NCBI GenBank assembly: GCA_902790465.1
Contig: CADASF010000005.1
Coordinates: 148,622 to 212,621, forward strand
Direction of reading: 5' to 3'
Length of the DNA: 64,000 nucleotides
Origin: an uncultured bacterium
GTDB lineage: Bacteria; Vulcanimicrobiota; CADAWZ01
Made by a program: the position numbers and the translations under genes
The notes under the pieces: generated by a model
Seen by the model: only the letters and a program-made list of their open reading frames with translations
Database searches by the model: none
What the model was told of the DNA's origin: nothing
Shown: positions 19,797-29,122 of the stretch, in pieces
How the letters are laid out: each line of letters begins with the position of its first letter
Numbering within the stretch: position 1 is the first letter of the stretch

Positions 19797-20498
19797 ATGA
19801 AAGCACTTATTTTATCTGCAGGGCTTGGAAAAAGACTTAGACCTCTTACAGATATAATTCCAAAGCCACTTGCCGACATAAATGGCAAGCCAATTATTGA
19901 CATTATTGTTGAAAAATTAAAAAATATAGGTGTTGACGAATTTGCCTTTAATCTACATCATCTTCCAGAAAAGATAAGAGAACATTTTTCTAATTCATCT
20001 GAAAAAATGATTTTTTCTTATGAAGATGAACTTCTTGATACAGGAGGGACACTTGCTTCTTTTTCTGACTGGTTAAATGAAGATGAATTTTTGATTGTAC
20101 ATAATGGAGATATTTATTCAGATATTGATATCAAATTTTTGTTGAATAAGGCTTTAGAAAAGAATGCTCCAACATTGGCATTGATTCCAAATGGACCTGT
20201 TGGAAATGTAAAATTTTTTCCTAAAACAGAAAAAATTGTTGATTTTAGAAATTCTTTAGGTATTGATGATTCTAAATATATAAATTGTACTTTTTCTGGA
20301 ATAGCTGTTTATCCAGCAAATTTTATAAAAGAAATGCCAAAGGGTAAATATTCTGTCATTGATTATATGATTGAAAAATTAAAAGAAAAAAAGGATATTT
20401 TTGGGGTTTTGTTTGAAAATATTTATTGGAATGATATAGGAACTCATGAAGCACTTGAAGCATGTAGAAAATTTGATTTAAGAAAAGGTGTAAAATGA
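19797..20498 (+). CDS. murU: Sugar-1-phosphate nucleotidyltransferase, MurU-like (N-acetylmuramate alpha-1-phosphate uridylyltransferase-like)
   Basis: The start was reassigned to MKALILSAGLGKRLRPLT, the nucleotidyltransferase G-loop. LDTGG and TFSGIAVY blocks are present, as in MurU. The 24 upstream codons in the ORF track have no RBS. Confidence 0.65.
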   Translation: MKALILSAGLGKRLRPLTDIIPKPLADINGKPIIDIIVEKLKNIGVDEFAFNLHHLPEKIREHFSNSSEKMIFSYEDELLDTGGTLASFSDWLNEDEFLIVHNGDIYSDIDIKFLLNKALEKNAPTLALIPNGPVGNVKFFPKTEKIVDFRNSLGIDDSKYINCTFSGIAVYPANFIKEMPKGKYSVIDYMIEKLKEKKDIFGVLFENIYWNDIGTHEALEACRKFDLRKGVK

Positions 20499-21460
20499 TA
20501 GGCTCTGAAAAGTTGAATGAATTTTTAAATGATTTTTTTGAAGGAAAAAAATTTGATTTTGATGAGATATGCAAGGGTGGATCAGATAGAAAATTTTATA
20601 GAGTTTCAAATTTGAATAAGTCTTGCATTTTATCAATTTCTTCAGATTTTGAAGAATATCGTTATTATTGTGCCTTTGCTCGTTATTTTAGGGAGCATGG
20701 CATTTGTATTCCTGAATTTTATTTTACTATTCCTGAGGAAGGAATAGCAGTTATGTTTGATGCAGGAACAGAATCTCTTTGTGATTATACACAGAAACAC
20801 TCTGATGGTGAAAATTTTGCAATTTATTCAAAAGTTATTGAGAAATTGTTCGATTTTCAGGAAATGGATTTTAATAATTGTCTTGAAATATCTGAAAGAC
20901 AATTTGATTATGAGGCTATTTTGTGGGAAACTTCGTATTTTTCACAATTTTTTTTAAATCAATATTCAAAAATAGAAGATATTCCAGATGAGGTAAAAGA
21001 GGAATTTTTAAATTTGGCAAAAATTCTTTCTAAATTGCCAAGAGTTCCAATGCATAGGGATTTTCAATCACAAAATATTTTTATTAAAGATGGTGAAATA
21101 TACTTTATAGATTTTCAGGGAGCAAGATTGGGAAACAGATTTTATGATTTAGCTTCCCTTATAAGAGATCCTTATGTTAAATTGAGTCGTGGAACTAAAC
21201 ATTCTCTTGAAAATATATTTTTGGAAAAATTGGCAGATAAAACAGGTGAAAAATATTCATATTTGATGAATATGTTCTCTTTAAATTCTGCTTCAAGATT
21301 GATGCAAGCTCTTGGAGCTTATGCCAATTTAGGGCTAAATAAACATAAAACGCAATTTTTAAATTACATAGAACCTGGATTGAAAAATTTGTCTATTGTT
21401 TTAGAAAATTGTTCAATATTGAAAAATACTTATAATTTTTTATCAAACAGGGTTATTTAA
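20495..21460 (+). CDS. amgK: Aminoglycoside-phosphotransferase-fold kinase, AmgK-like anomeric MurNAc/GlcNAc kinase (or choline-kinase-like)
   Basis: It has the APH/ChoK catalytic loop HRDFQSQNIFI and the FIDFQGA metal-binding motif. An ATGA overlap with the upstream nucleotidyltransferase gene indicates translational coupling. Confidence 0.6.
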   Translation: MIGSEKLNEFLNDFFEGKKFDFDEICKGGSDRKFYRVSNLNKSCILSISSDFEEYRYYCAFARYFREHGICIPEFYFTIPEEGIAVMFDAGTESLCDYTQKHSDGENFAIYSKVIEKLFDFQEMDFNNCLEISERQFDYEAILWETSYFSQFFLNQYSKIEDIPDEVKEEFLNLAKILSKLPRVPMHRDFQSQNIFIKDGEIYFIDFQGARLGNRFYDLASLIRDPYVKLSRGTKHSLENIFLEKLADKTGEKYSYLMNMFSLNSASRLMQALGAYANLGLNKHKTQFLNYIEPGLKNLSIVLENCSILKNTYNFLSNRVI

Positions 21461-21515
21461 TAATTAGATAGAATATAAAAAGTTGAAATTAAAGAAAATG
21501 TCGGAGGATTTTTTT

Positions 21516-23171
21516 ATGTTGAAAAATTTAACTGCAGCTCTTATTGTTGCAGGTGTCATGACTACAGCCGCATTTGCTCAAAATGTAGATGTAAAATCAG
21601 CTATAAATGATTTATCAAATAGAAGTGGATCTGTTCGTCAAAATGCAGTAATGATTTTAGGTTCTTCAAATGATAGAAGCGTTGTTTCCAATATTGAAAG
21701 ATTGGCTTACGATTCAGATTCTGGAGTTAGAACAGCTGTATGTTGGGCTCTTGGTCAATTTAAATCTCCGACAAGTGAAAATGTTTTAAATTCGCTCGCA
21801 AGAGATTCAAGACCAGAAGTTAGACAGGCTGCTGTAAACGCACTTGGAAATTACAAAAGTGTTGCAACAGGAGAAACTTTGATTAGAGCCACCTATGATT
21901 CAGATGTAAATGTTAGAAAAAGTGCTATAAATTCACTTGCTATAGTAAAATATGAGCTTGCAGGTCCTAGACTTTCAACTCTTCTCTCTGATTCTAATCC
22001 AGATGTCAGAGCAGCAGCTGCTATAGCCATGAAGAGCATGAATTATAGTGCTCCTTCTTCAATGGTTGCCAATAAATTAAAAGACCCAGATTCAAGAGTT
22101 AGAACTGGTGCCGCACAGAATTTAGGAAATTCAGGAAAAGACGATAATATTTCTATCATTGTTCCAGGATTAAGTGATTTAAATCCTTCAGTAAGAGCTA
22201 ATGCCGCAACTTCTTTGGGAGATACAAAAAGTGACAAGGCTATTCCTTATCTTGTAAAAGCTCTTGGTGATAGAACTGATAGTGTTGGTCTTTCAGCTGC
22301 TGCAGCACTTTCAAAAGTTGGACCTTCATCTGTTCCACAAATTGTTGACAAACTTGAATCTTCAGAAACTCGTGTTCAAAAACATTGTATAAGAGCTCTT
22401 GCAGGAATGGGTGAAACAAATGTTGATCTTCTTTCCGAATATTCAAAAAGACCAGAGTTAAGAGAAATTTCTATTTGGGGACTTGGAGAGACAAAATCTT
22501 CAAAAGCATTCCCTGCAATTTTTGATGGTTTTTCTGATAATGATGAAAAAATTCAACTCACAGCATCAGAAGCTATGGGTAAGGTTGGTTCATCTGTTCT
22601 TGAAAATTTGAAGAAAGAAAAAGAAAATCCAAATGAAATAGTTAGAAAAAATATAGCAAAATCTTTGGGATTTATGCCTTATGAAGAAGATGTTGCTAAA
22701 TTTCTTGTCGAGTTGATGGCAGATGATAAGGAAACTGTAACAGCTGAGGCTTCTGTATCACTTTCTAAATATGGTGAATCAGTAAAACCTCTCTTGTTGG
22801 AAACATTGAAATCAAATGATGAAATGCAGAGAACAGGTGCTATAAATGCTCTTGCATTGATGGGAAAAGAATGTGCTCCAACACTTAGAGAATGTTTAAA
22901 AGACAAAAGTTCTAAAGTTAGAGCTGGTGCTGCTTTAGGTCTTGGACAAATGGGAGATACTGTTTGTGCAAATGATATAGTACAACTTTTTGAAAATGAC
23001 AATGATCCAGAAGTAAAGCGTGCATGTGCTTGGACTATTGGAAAAGTTTGTAAACCTTCAGATGAACTCATGAAAAGGCTTGTATTGGAAAAAACAAGAG
23101 CTGGTGGTAAGAAACTCCCTGCACTTCAAAAGACAATAGAAGATACAATAAGAATTTTTGAAGGTAAATAA
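21516..23171 (+). CDS. Secreted PBS-lyase HEAT-repeat protein
   Basis: The start was reassigned to MLKNLTAALIVAGVMTTAAFA, a signal peptide with a GGAGGA RBS 7 nt upstream. It contains about 15 tandem HEAT-like repeats (D..VR..A..ALG). Confidence 0.7.
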   Translation: MLKNLTAALIVAGVMTTAAFAQNVDVKSAINDLSNRSGSVRQNAVMILGSSNDRSVVSNIERLAYDSDSGVRTAVCWALGQFKSPTSENVLNSLARDSRPEVRQAAVNALGNYKSVATGETLIRATYDSDVNVRKSAINSLAIVKYELAGPRLSTLLSDSNPDVRAAAAIAMKSMNYSAPSSMVANKLKDPDSRVRTGAAQNLGNSGKDDNISIIVPGLSDLNPSVRANAATSLGDTKSDKAIPYLVKALGDRTDSVGLSAAAALSKVGPSSVPQIVDKLESSETRVQKHCIRALAGMGETNVDLLSEYSKRPELREISIWGLGETKSSKAFPAIFDGFSDNDEKIQLTASEAMGKVGSSVLENLKKEKENPNEIVRKNIAKSLGFMPYEEDVAKFLVELMADDKETVTAEASVSLSKYGESVKPLLLETLKSNDEMQRTGAINALALMGKECAPTLRECLKDKSSKVRAGAALGLGQMGDTVCANDIVQLFENDNDPEVKRACAWTIGKVCKPSDELMKRLVLEKTRAGGKKLPALQKTIEDTIRIFEGK

Positions 23172-23193
23172 TTTATTATAATAATTGTTAAAA

Positions 23194-23233
23194 TTAAGAA
23201 CTCGCAATTAATTTTACGAGTTCTTAATTTTTT
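23194..23233 (+). terminator. Rho-independent terminator after HEAT-repeat gene
   Basis: TTAAGAACTCG-caattaatttta-CGAGTTCTTAA is followed by TTTTTT. Confidence 0.7.
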
Positions 23234-23261
23234 GTTTGTTTGTCATTAATATAACTTGTTG

Positions 23262-23389
23262 TGTTATTTAAAAATAGTAGTTTTTCTTATAAAGTTCCAT
23301 AATTATTATTCTTAGTTTTTAGGTATAAGTCGCTCACTAGTTCTTTTTTTTCCGCATATTATAGTTATAATTGCAAGAATCGTTCGCCG
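23262..23389. repeat. ~125-bp intergenic repeat element, copy A (begins with the TAACTTGTTGTGTTATTTA motif)
   Basis: It is ~93% identical to 63818..63941. An inverted copy of the terminal motif (TAACTAACACAACGA) lies at 23435..23449. Confidence 0.8.
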
Positions 23390-23495
23390 ACTTACACCGT
23401 AAAAACTCTTTTACCTGCTAAATAGATAAAAAAATAACTAACACAACGATTTGAAATAATATTATAAAAAATGTTGAAAAGAAGGACTTAAAAAA

Positions 23496-24890
23496 ATGAA
23501 ACACATACACATGATTGCTATTTGCGGAACTGGCATGGGAGCTTTTGCAGGTCTTCTCGTACAGTCTGGTTATAAAGTTACTGGCTCTGATCAAAATGTA
23601 TATCCTCCAATGAGTACAAAATTAATGGAATTGGGAATAAAATTGATGTCTCCATTTTCAGCTGAAAATATAGCAGATAAGCCTGATTTAGTTATTGTTG
23701 GAAATGCTGTTAGAAGAACAAATCCAGAGGCTATTGCTGTTATGGACAGTGGTATTCCATATATGTCTTTTCCACAAGCACTTGGTGAATTTTTCTTAAA
23801 AGACAGAAAATCACTTGTTGTAGCAGGAACACATGGTAAGACAACAACATGTTCAATGACAGCATGGATTCTTGAACATGCCCAAAAAGACCCAAGTTTT
23901 TTGATTGGTGGAGTTTTAAATAATTTTGATAGCAACTGCAAGCTCGGAAAAGGTGAATATTTTGTTGTTGAAGGTGATGAATATGATACAGCATTTTTTG
24001 ACAAAGGACCAAAATTCATGCACTATGCTCCAACGAGTGCTATTTTGACAAGTGTTGAATTTGACCATGGCGATATTTATAAAGATATCGACCACATAAA
24101 AAGTGCTTTTTCAAAATTTTTAAAATTGATACCAAAAGATGGTTATTTGATTGCATGCAAAGATTTTGTCCATGTCAATGAGATTCTTCCAGAAGCCTCA
24201 TGTAATGTTGAGACTTATGGTTTTTCTGAAGGTGCTGATTGGACTGCTGAAAACATAAAATTGGGTGTTGAAAGTTCTTATGATCTTACTTACAAAGGCA
24301 AAAAATTGTGTGAAGTTGTTTTAAAAGTACCTGGAAAACACAATATTTTAAATTCTGTTGCTGCTTCAGCTCTTCTCTATCACAAGGGAGTTACACCACA
24401 GGAATGTTCAGATGCTTTGAAAGAATATACAGGAGTTAAAAGACGCCAAGAAGTAAGAGGAATTGTAAATGGAATAACTGTACTTGACGATTTTGCACAT
24501 CATCCAACAAAAGTAAAAGCAACTGTTGATGCAATTAAGTCAAAATATCCAAATAATAGAGTTTGGGCTATTTTTGAGCCTCGCACAAATTCAAGTAGAA
24601 GGGCATTTTTCCAAAAAGACTATGTAAATTCTTTTGATTCTGCAGATTTAATTGTAATTGCCGATGTTTTTAATAAAGAACAAATCGACGAAACAGAAAG
24701 ATTCAGCAGTGAAAAACTTTCAAGAGATCTTGTTGAAAGAGGCAAAAATTCAAAGTGTATCCCAAATGCAGATGAGATAGTGAAATATGTCGCTGAAAAT
24801 GCTTCTTCTGGTGATGTGATATTGATCATGTCAAATGGCGGTTTTGACAACATCCATGAAAAATTGTTGGAAGAATTGAAGAAACATTAG
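23496..24890 (+). CDS. mpl: UDP-N-acetylmuramate:L-alanyl-gamma-D-glutamyl-meso-diaminopimelate ligase (murein peptide ligase)
   Basis: The N-terminal ICGTGMG...GSDQNVYPPMST block closely matches E. coli Mpl (DANVYPPMST). The Mur ligase P-loop GTHGKTTT is present. Length is 464 aa. Confidence 0.8.
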   Translation: MKHIHMIAICGTGMGAFAGLLVQSGYKVTGSDQNVYPPMSTKLMELGIKLMSPFSAENIADKPDLVIVGNAVRRTNPEAIAVMDSGIPYMSFPQALGEFFLKDRKSLVVAGTHGKTTTCSMTAWILEHAQKDPSFLIGGVLNNFDSNCKLGKGEYFVVEGDEYDTAFFDKGPKFMHYAPTSAILTSVEFDHGDIYKDIDHIKSAFSKFLKLIPKDGYLIACKDFVHVNEILPEASCNVETYGFSEGADWTAENIKLGVESSYDLTYKGKKLCEVVLKVPGKHNILNSVAASALLYHKGVTPQECSDALKEYTGVKRRQEVRGIVNGITVLDDFAHHPTKVKATVDAIKSKYPNNRVWAIFEPRTNSSRRAFFQKDYVNSFDSADLIVIADVFNKEQIDETERFSSEKLSRDLVERGKNSKCIPNADEIVKYVAENASSGDVILIMSNGGFDNIHEKLLEELKKH

Positions 24891-25027
24891 TGAGTTTGTT
24901 AACACGACTTAGACTCCGAGTTAATAAAAATTTAACAAAAATTGAAAAAATTTAACATCTCTTTCTTATTTTTGTTCTTTTTTATGTTTTAGAATATATC
25001 TAAGAAAAAATAAGGAGTAGATGTTTT

Positions 25028-25663
25028 ATGAATACAAAAATTTTTGAAAAAATAAAAAGATATGGTGTAAAGGCACTGACACAATCTGAACTTTTGACAG
25101 CAACTTCACTTGATAAAGGTGATATTTACAATAGGCTTATGGCTTCTGTTGATGTTGATGAGTTTCAAACTTTTGATTTAAACTATTCAAAAGATAAGAA
25201 ACTTGCTGTATATATGTGTTTTTCAGAGATGATAAGAAGAAGAAAAGCATGTACAGATAGAAAAATAAGATGCACATCTGATGCTGTTCCATATTTTTTG
25301 GAATATGCAGATATGAATAAGGAATATTTTATAGTATTGACATTAAATGGGGCAAATGAACTGATAAAAAAACATGTCATAACTATTGGACTTGCAAATA
25401 AAACACAGATTCACCCAAGAGAGATTTTTTCTGAGGCTATAGCAGACAGAGCATGTTTTATCATTGCAGGACACAATCATCCATCAGGTTCATTAGAACC
25501 AAGTGTTGAAGACCTTGCAGTAACTGAAAAAATAAAAGTTACAGGTGATATAATAGGAATCAAAGTTTTAGACCATATAATTTTTTCAAAAAAAGGTCAT
25601 TTCAGTATTTTTCACTTAGATTCACTTGAAGAAAAAAATAGGAAATTATTTTATGAAAATTGA
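25028..25663 (+). CDS. radC: RadC-family JAB/MPN domain protein (UPF0758)
   Basis: The JAMM motif HNHPSGSLEPSVED and an N-terminal HhH-like LTQSELLATSL are present. AAGGAG RBS. Confidence 0.85.
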   Translation: MNTKIFEKIKRYGVKALTQSELLTATSLDKGDIYNRLMASVDVDEFQTFDLNYSKDKKLAVYMCFSEMIRRRKACTDRKIRCTSDAVPYFLEYADMNKEYFIVLTLNGANELIKKHVITIGLANKTQIHPREIFSEAIADRACFIIAGHNHPSGSLEPSVEDLAVTEKIKVTGDIIGIKVLDHIIFSKKGHFSIFHLDSLEEKNRKLFYEN

Positions 25664-26270
25664 AGTAAAATATTCAAAAGAACCATATAACGAGGCAATA
25701 CAAAAAAAAGAGAGTTCCATAAAACTGCTTGAATACAATGGCAATAATATTCCAAAAGATATGGCTACTTTTTATGATTTGTATTGGAATGAAAATGGAT
25801 TTTATGCTCATTTTATATCTTTTCACAATGGACAGATTAAATTTTGTCCAAAAGAAACTGAAATTTCACAAAATGGAAAGACTTTTAAACTTTGGGCTAT
25901 AAGTGAAGTTTGTGAAATATTTATTTCACATGACAAATTGGATTTTTACAGAGAATTTGAATTTGCACCTGATGGTCGCTTTCTCGATATTGATATTAAA
26001 TATATTGAAGGAAATAGAAAAACTGATTTTTATTGGGTATCAAATCTTGAATATAAATCAGAAGTTCATGAGAATTACTGGGATGGTTTTGCCTTTATTC
26101 CTTGGAGTGCTTTTGACAATAAATTTCCAAAAGTTGGCGATATCTGGCATGGAAATTTTTATAGAATTTTGACAAGAGATGAAAAGGAATTATATTTGGC
26201 TTGGAATCCTGTATATAAAATTAATTTTCATCAACCACAATATTTTGGGGAGATTCTTTTTGTAAAATGA
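25653..26270 (+). CDS. Hypothetical protein (no recognisable motifs)
   Basis: The start was reassigned to MKIEVKYSK with an AGGAAA RBS. It overlaps the radC 3' end by 11 nt. Aromatic-rich soluble protein. Confidence 0.5.
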   Translation: MKIEVKYSKEPYNEAIQKKESSIKLLEYNGNNIPKDMATFYDLYWNENGFYAHFISFHNGQIKFCPKETEISQNGKTFKLWAISEVCEIFISHDKLDFYREFEFAPDGRFLDIDIKYIEGNRKTDFYWVSNLEYKSEVHENYWDGFAFIPWSAFDNKFPKVGDIWHGNFYRILTRDEKELYLAWNPVYKINFHQPQYFGEILFVK

Positions 26271-26854
26271 GTTTACCGACAAACAGTGAATCAGATTCAG
26301 TAAATGCAATTAATATTTTAATTGATGAGCCACAACATTTTAAAGCTGAAAAAACGATAGATTTTTCTGGGGCTATTGGGGGGGCAATTTTTGTCTTTTT
26401 TATGTTTGGATTTCCTTTTTTACTATCTCTTGGAAAATCAACTCCTGAATCTTCAGTATCTCCTCTAATTTTTGTTTTAATATTACCTATTGTATTTTTT
26501 CTTTTTTATTATAATACTCAACATCAAAGACATTCTGTTATAGAAGTGAAAAATGATATTATTTCTACATTTGAAAAAACAATTTTTGGAAAAATAGTAA
26601 ATAATGTACAGGCTAAACTTGACATAAATATGATGACAGAAGTAAAAAAAATTGTTCATGAAAAAATTATAGAAAGATATACTAATAAAGAAAAAGATGT
26701 TGTTACTTATGTTGTAATATATCGAACTATAAATTTCAAAGATCAAAATTATAAATCTTGTGATATTATTTCAGGGCTTAGTGAAGAAGAGGCAAATTTT
26801 TTATCAAATAAAATAAATGAAATGATTTTAAGAAAAAGACAACAGGTTAGTTAG
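26267..26854 (+). CDS. Hypothetical membrane protein (2 TM plus a soluble C-terminal domain)
   Basis: ATGA start/stop overlap with the upstream gene. It has two hydrophobic helices between residues 35 and 85. Confidence 0.5.
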   Translation: MSLPTNSESDSVNAINILIDEPQHFKAEKTIDFSGAIGGAIFVFFMFGFPFLLSLGKSTPESSVSPLIFVLILPIVFFLFYYNTQHQRHSVIEVKNDIISTFEKTIFGKIVNNVQAKLDINMMTEVKKIVHEKIIERYTNKEKDVVTYVVIYRTINFKDQNYKSCDIISGLSEEEANFLSNKINEMILRKRQQVS

Positions 26855-26862
26855 GAAAAAAA

Positions 26863-27798
26863 ATGTTCTCGTTTTTATTTAAGAAAAAAAATAAAGATAC
26901 AGATGATAAATTTGAGAAAACTGAATATTCACAAAATGAGTTTCTAAAATTGGCTAAAAATAGGAATGAAGCAAAATATAAATATCTATTTCAAGAGCCT
27001 TTTGTAAATTTTGATGGTAAAACAAAAGACACAGACCGTGATTTTTCAGATATTGTTGCTGAATTGATTGAAAGTGGAAAGATAAATTTTTCTTTAAATC
27101 CTATTGACAAAAATTCAGAAGTTAAATTGGAAACTCCCCTGCATTTAAAAACAGAAAAAGTTGATTATGCCTCTTATACTAATGGCAAATTTATTGGTTC
27201 TGAAGAAAAAATTGCAGGTCGTCTTTTTGAAATTAATGCTACAGCAGAGATATTTGGTGAATTATGTGAAGTTTGTGATTTTTCAGTTCCTGTAAATAAC
27301 AATGGAAAAGAAAATTCAGATGGAAAAATAGATGTTATTTTTTCTTCAAAGGGATTTCATGTTCCTGATTTTCTCAATACAAATGATAAAAAGTTTTTGG
27401 AGTCTGAGGATCCTTTCTGTCAATATATTGCTTGGATATATGGGAATTTAAAAAAATATCCTAAAAGCCTTGTTGTTTCATCTGTTAAATATAGTGGTAA
27501 TAATGACAGTTTGTTAAAATGTATCCTTGAAATTGAAACATTTTACAGGAAAATACCTCATGATAGATTGAGAGCCTGTTACCATAGAGACTGGATAAGA
27601 AAAGCTATACTTGTATTTGATGATTCAAGAGCCTATTCCGAATATCTTTCATTTGGTTTTAATTCTGTAAAAAAATTGCTTGAAAAATGGGAAATTGCTG
27701 TTTTGACATTAAAAGAGTATTATCTTGATTGTGAGCCACAGTTGAATGAATATTCAATAAATTCTATTTCTCATATATACAGGGCTTATAAAAAATAA
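26863..27798 (+). CDS. Hypothetical protein
   Basis: It begins 9 nt after the upstream stop and ends at a strong bidirectional terminator. No known motifs. Confidence 0.5.
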   Translation: MFSFLFKKKNKDTDDKFEKTEYSQNEFLKLAKNRNEAKYKYLFQEPFVNFDGKTKDTDRDFSDIVAELIESGKINFSLNPIDKNSEVKLETPLHLKTEKVDYASYTNGKFIGSEEKIAGRLFEINATAEIFGELCEVCDFSVPVNNNGKENSDGKIDVIFSSKGFHVPDFLNTNDKKFLESEDPFCQYIAWIYGNLKKYPKSLVVSSVKYSGNNDSLLKCILEIETFYRKIPHDRLRACYHRDWIRKAILVFDDSRAYSEYLSFGFNSVKKLLEKWEIAVLTLKEYYLDCEPQLNEYSINSISHIYRAYKK

Positions 27799-27820
27799 TG
27801 GTGAGTAGCCCAAAAAAATA

Positions 27821-27856
27821 GGCTGTGATAAAAGTATTTTTTCACAGCCCATTTTT
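27821..27856. terminator. Bidirectional terminator between the convergent 26863 and 27857 genes
   Basis: GGCTGTGA...TCACAGCC forms the stem, with an A-run upstream and a T-run downstream. Confidence 0.7.
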
Positions 27857-28978
27857 TCACTTCTTTGTTGGATAAATAATATAGCCAATTCCTCCGCTAT
27901 TTATAAACCAGATTTTTTCAAATTCCTCTCTTTTATATGACAAAATTCCGTCTTCTTCTTTTCTAAATCCACCGTCTGCACAGAGAATATCTCCATTTTT
28001 ATCAAATCCCATTATGACTATAACATGTCCATCTGTTTCATAATTTGGATCATCTGAAATGTCATTTTTATTCACACTTATACATGCAATAACTGGCATT
28101 TTTTTATCTATATATTCTTTTACATCTTCAAAACTTCTAAAATGTCTTACATATCCCTCAAATCCATATTGATGGGCTGATTGTACAGCTCTCCACCACA
28201 TTCCATACATTTTATATCTTTTGTCATAAGCAATTTTTGCAAGTTCTGCTGTTTTTATGTCAACTCCATAATAATCCATGACAGTTGCCGTTGAAACTAC
28301 ACTGCAAATTTCACTTGATATTTTTTTATCTTCCCAACCTTGTGAACGAAATGGAACAGAAAAATAAGAATTTTTTCCTAAATTTGTTTTTTCGTATAGT
28401 TTTAATTTTTTGTCTCCTCTATGTGTTGAAGCAGATATATTTAGTGAGGAAAATTCGATTGTATCTTCACAATTTGGATCAAAAATAAAACAAAATTGAA
28501 TCTTATTAAATTTTTTGTTTTTAGATAGTATGTAATCTGTTTCTATTGATATTCCAGAATATTTAAATGGATTTTCAAATTTACCGTCTATTTTTGAATT
28601 ATCAAGATATGATTTGAGTTTTTTATAATCTGACATTTCTCCCCATTCGCCCATTAGTAACCAAGGAGATATTTGATTTTCGCCATCTTCAAATCTTACA
28701 AAAACATAAAATGATGATTTATCAGAACATTTAATATTCCATGAGGGAACACATTCTTCAAAATTAAAGGGCAATTTTATAATAGGGGAGAGTATATAAG
28801 AATTTTTATTTTTTATTATTATTTTGTTATCTTCAAAAATAGAATCTTTTAATGTGAATTGTTTTAAATCGTTTTCTTTGTATATTATAAAAATATCGCT
28901 ATAGTCGATTGCATAGGAAGTATTAAATAAAATAAAAAATATGAATATAATTGATAAAATAAAATTATTTCTGCACAT
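27857..28978 (-). CDS. Secreted protein with C-terminal papain-like (peptidase C39-like) domain
   Basis: It has an N-terminal signal/anchor. The C-terminal region has a candidate Cys in CSVVSTATVMDYYG and a candidate His in ETDGHVIVIMGFD in C39-like order. The call is tentative. Confidence 0.5.
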   Translation of the reverse strand: MCRNNFILSIIFIFFILFNTSYAIDYSDIFIIYKENDLKQFTLKDSIFEDNKIIIKNKNSYILSPIIKLPFNFEECVPSWNIKCSDKSSFYVFVRFEDGENQISPWLLMGEWGEMSDYKKLKSYLDNSKIDGKFENPFKYSGISIETDYILSKNKKFNKIQFCFIFDPNCEDTIEFSSLNISASTHRGDKKLKLYEKTNLGKNSYFSVPFRSQGWEDKKISSEICSVVSTATVMDYYGVDIKTAELAKIAYDKRYKMYGMWWRAVQSAHQYGFEGYVRHFRSFEDVKEYIDKKMPVIACISVNKNDISDDPNYETDGHVIVIMGFDKNGDILCADGGFRKEEDGILSYKREEFEKIWFINSGGIGYIIYPTKK

Positions 28979-29122
28979 ATTTTTAAAATTAGAATATAGG
29001 GAAATAAAATCCTTCTATAAATAAAGGTGAAATGTCTTTTGACTAAAAACAGGATTTTTGACAAAATAATTAAATTATTAATAATCATAGTATTTTTTTA
29101 CTTTTAAAAGGAGACAAGGCAC

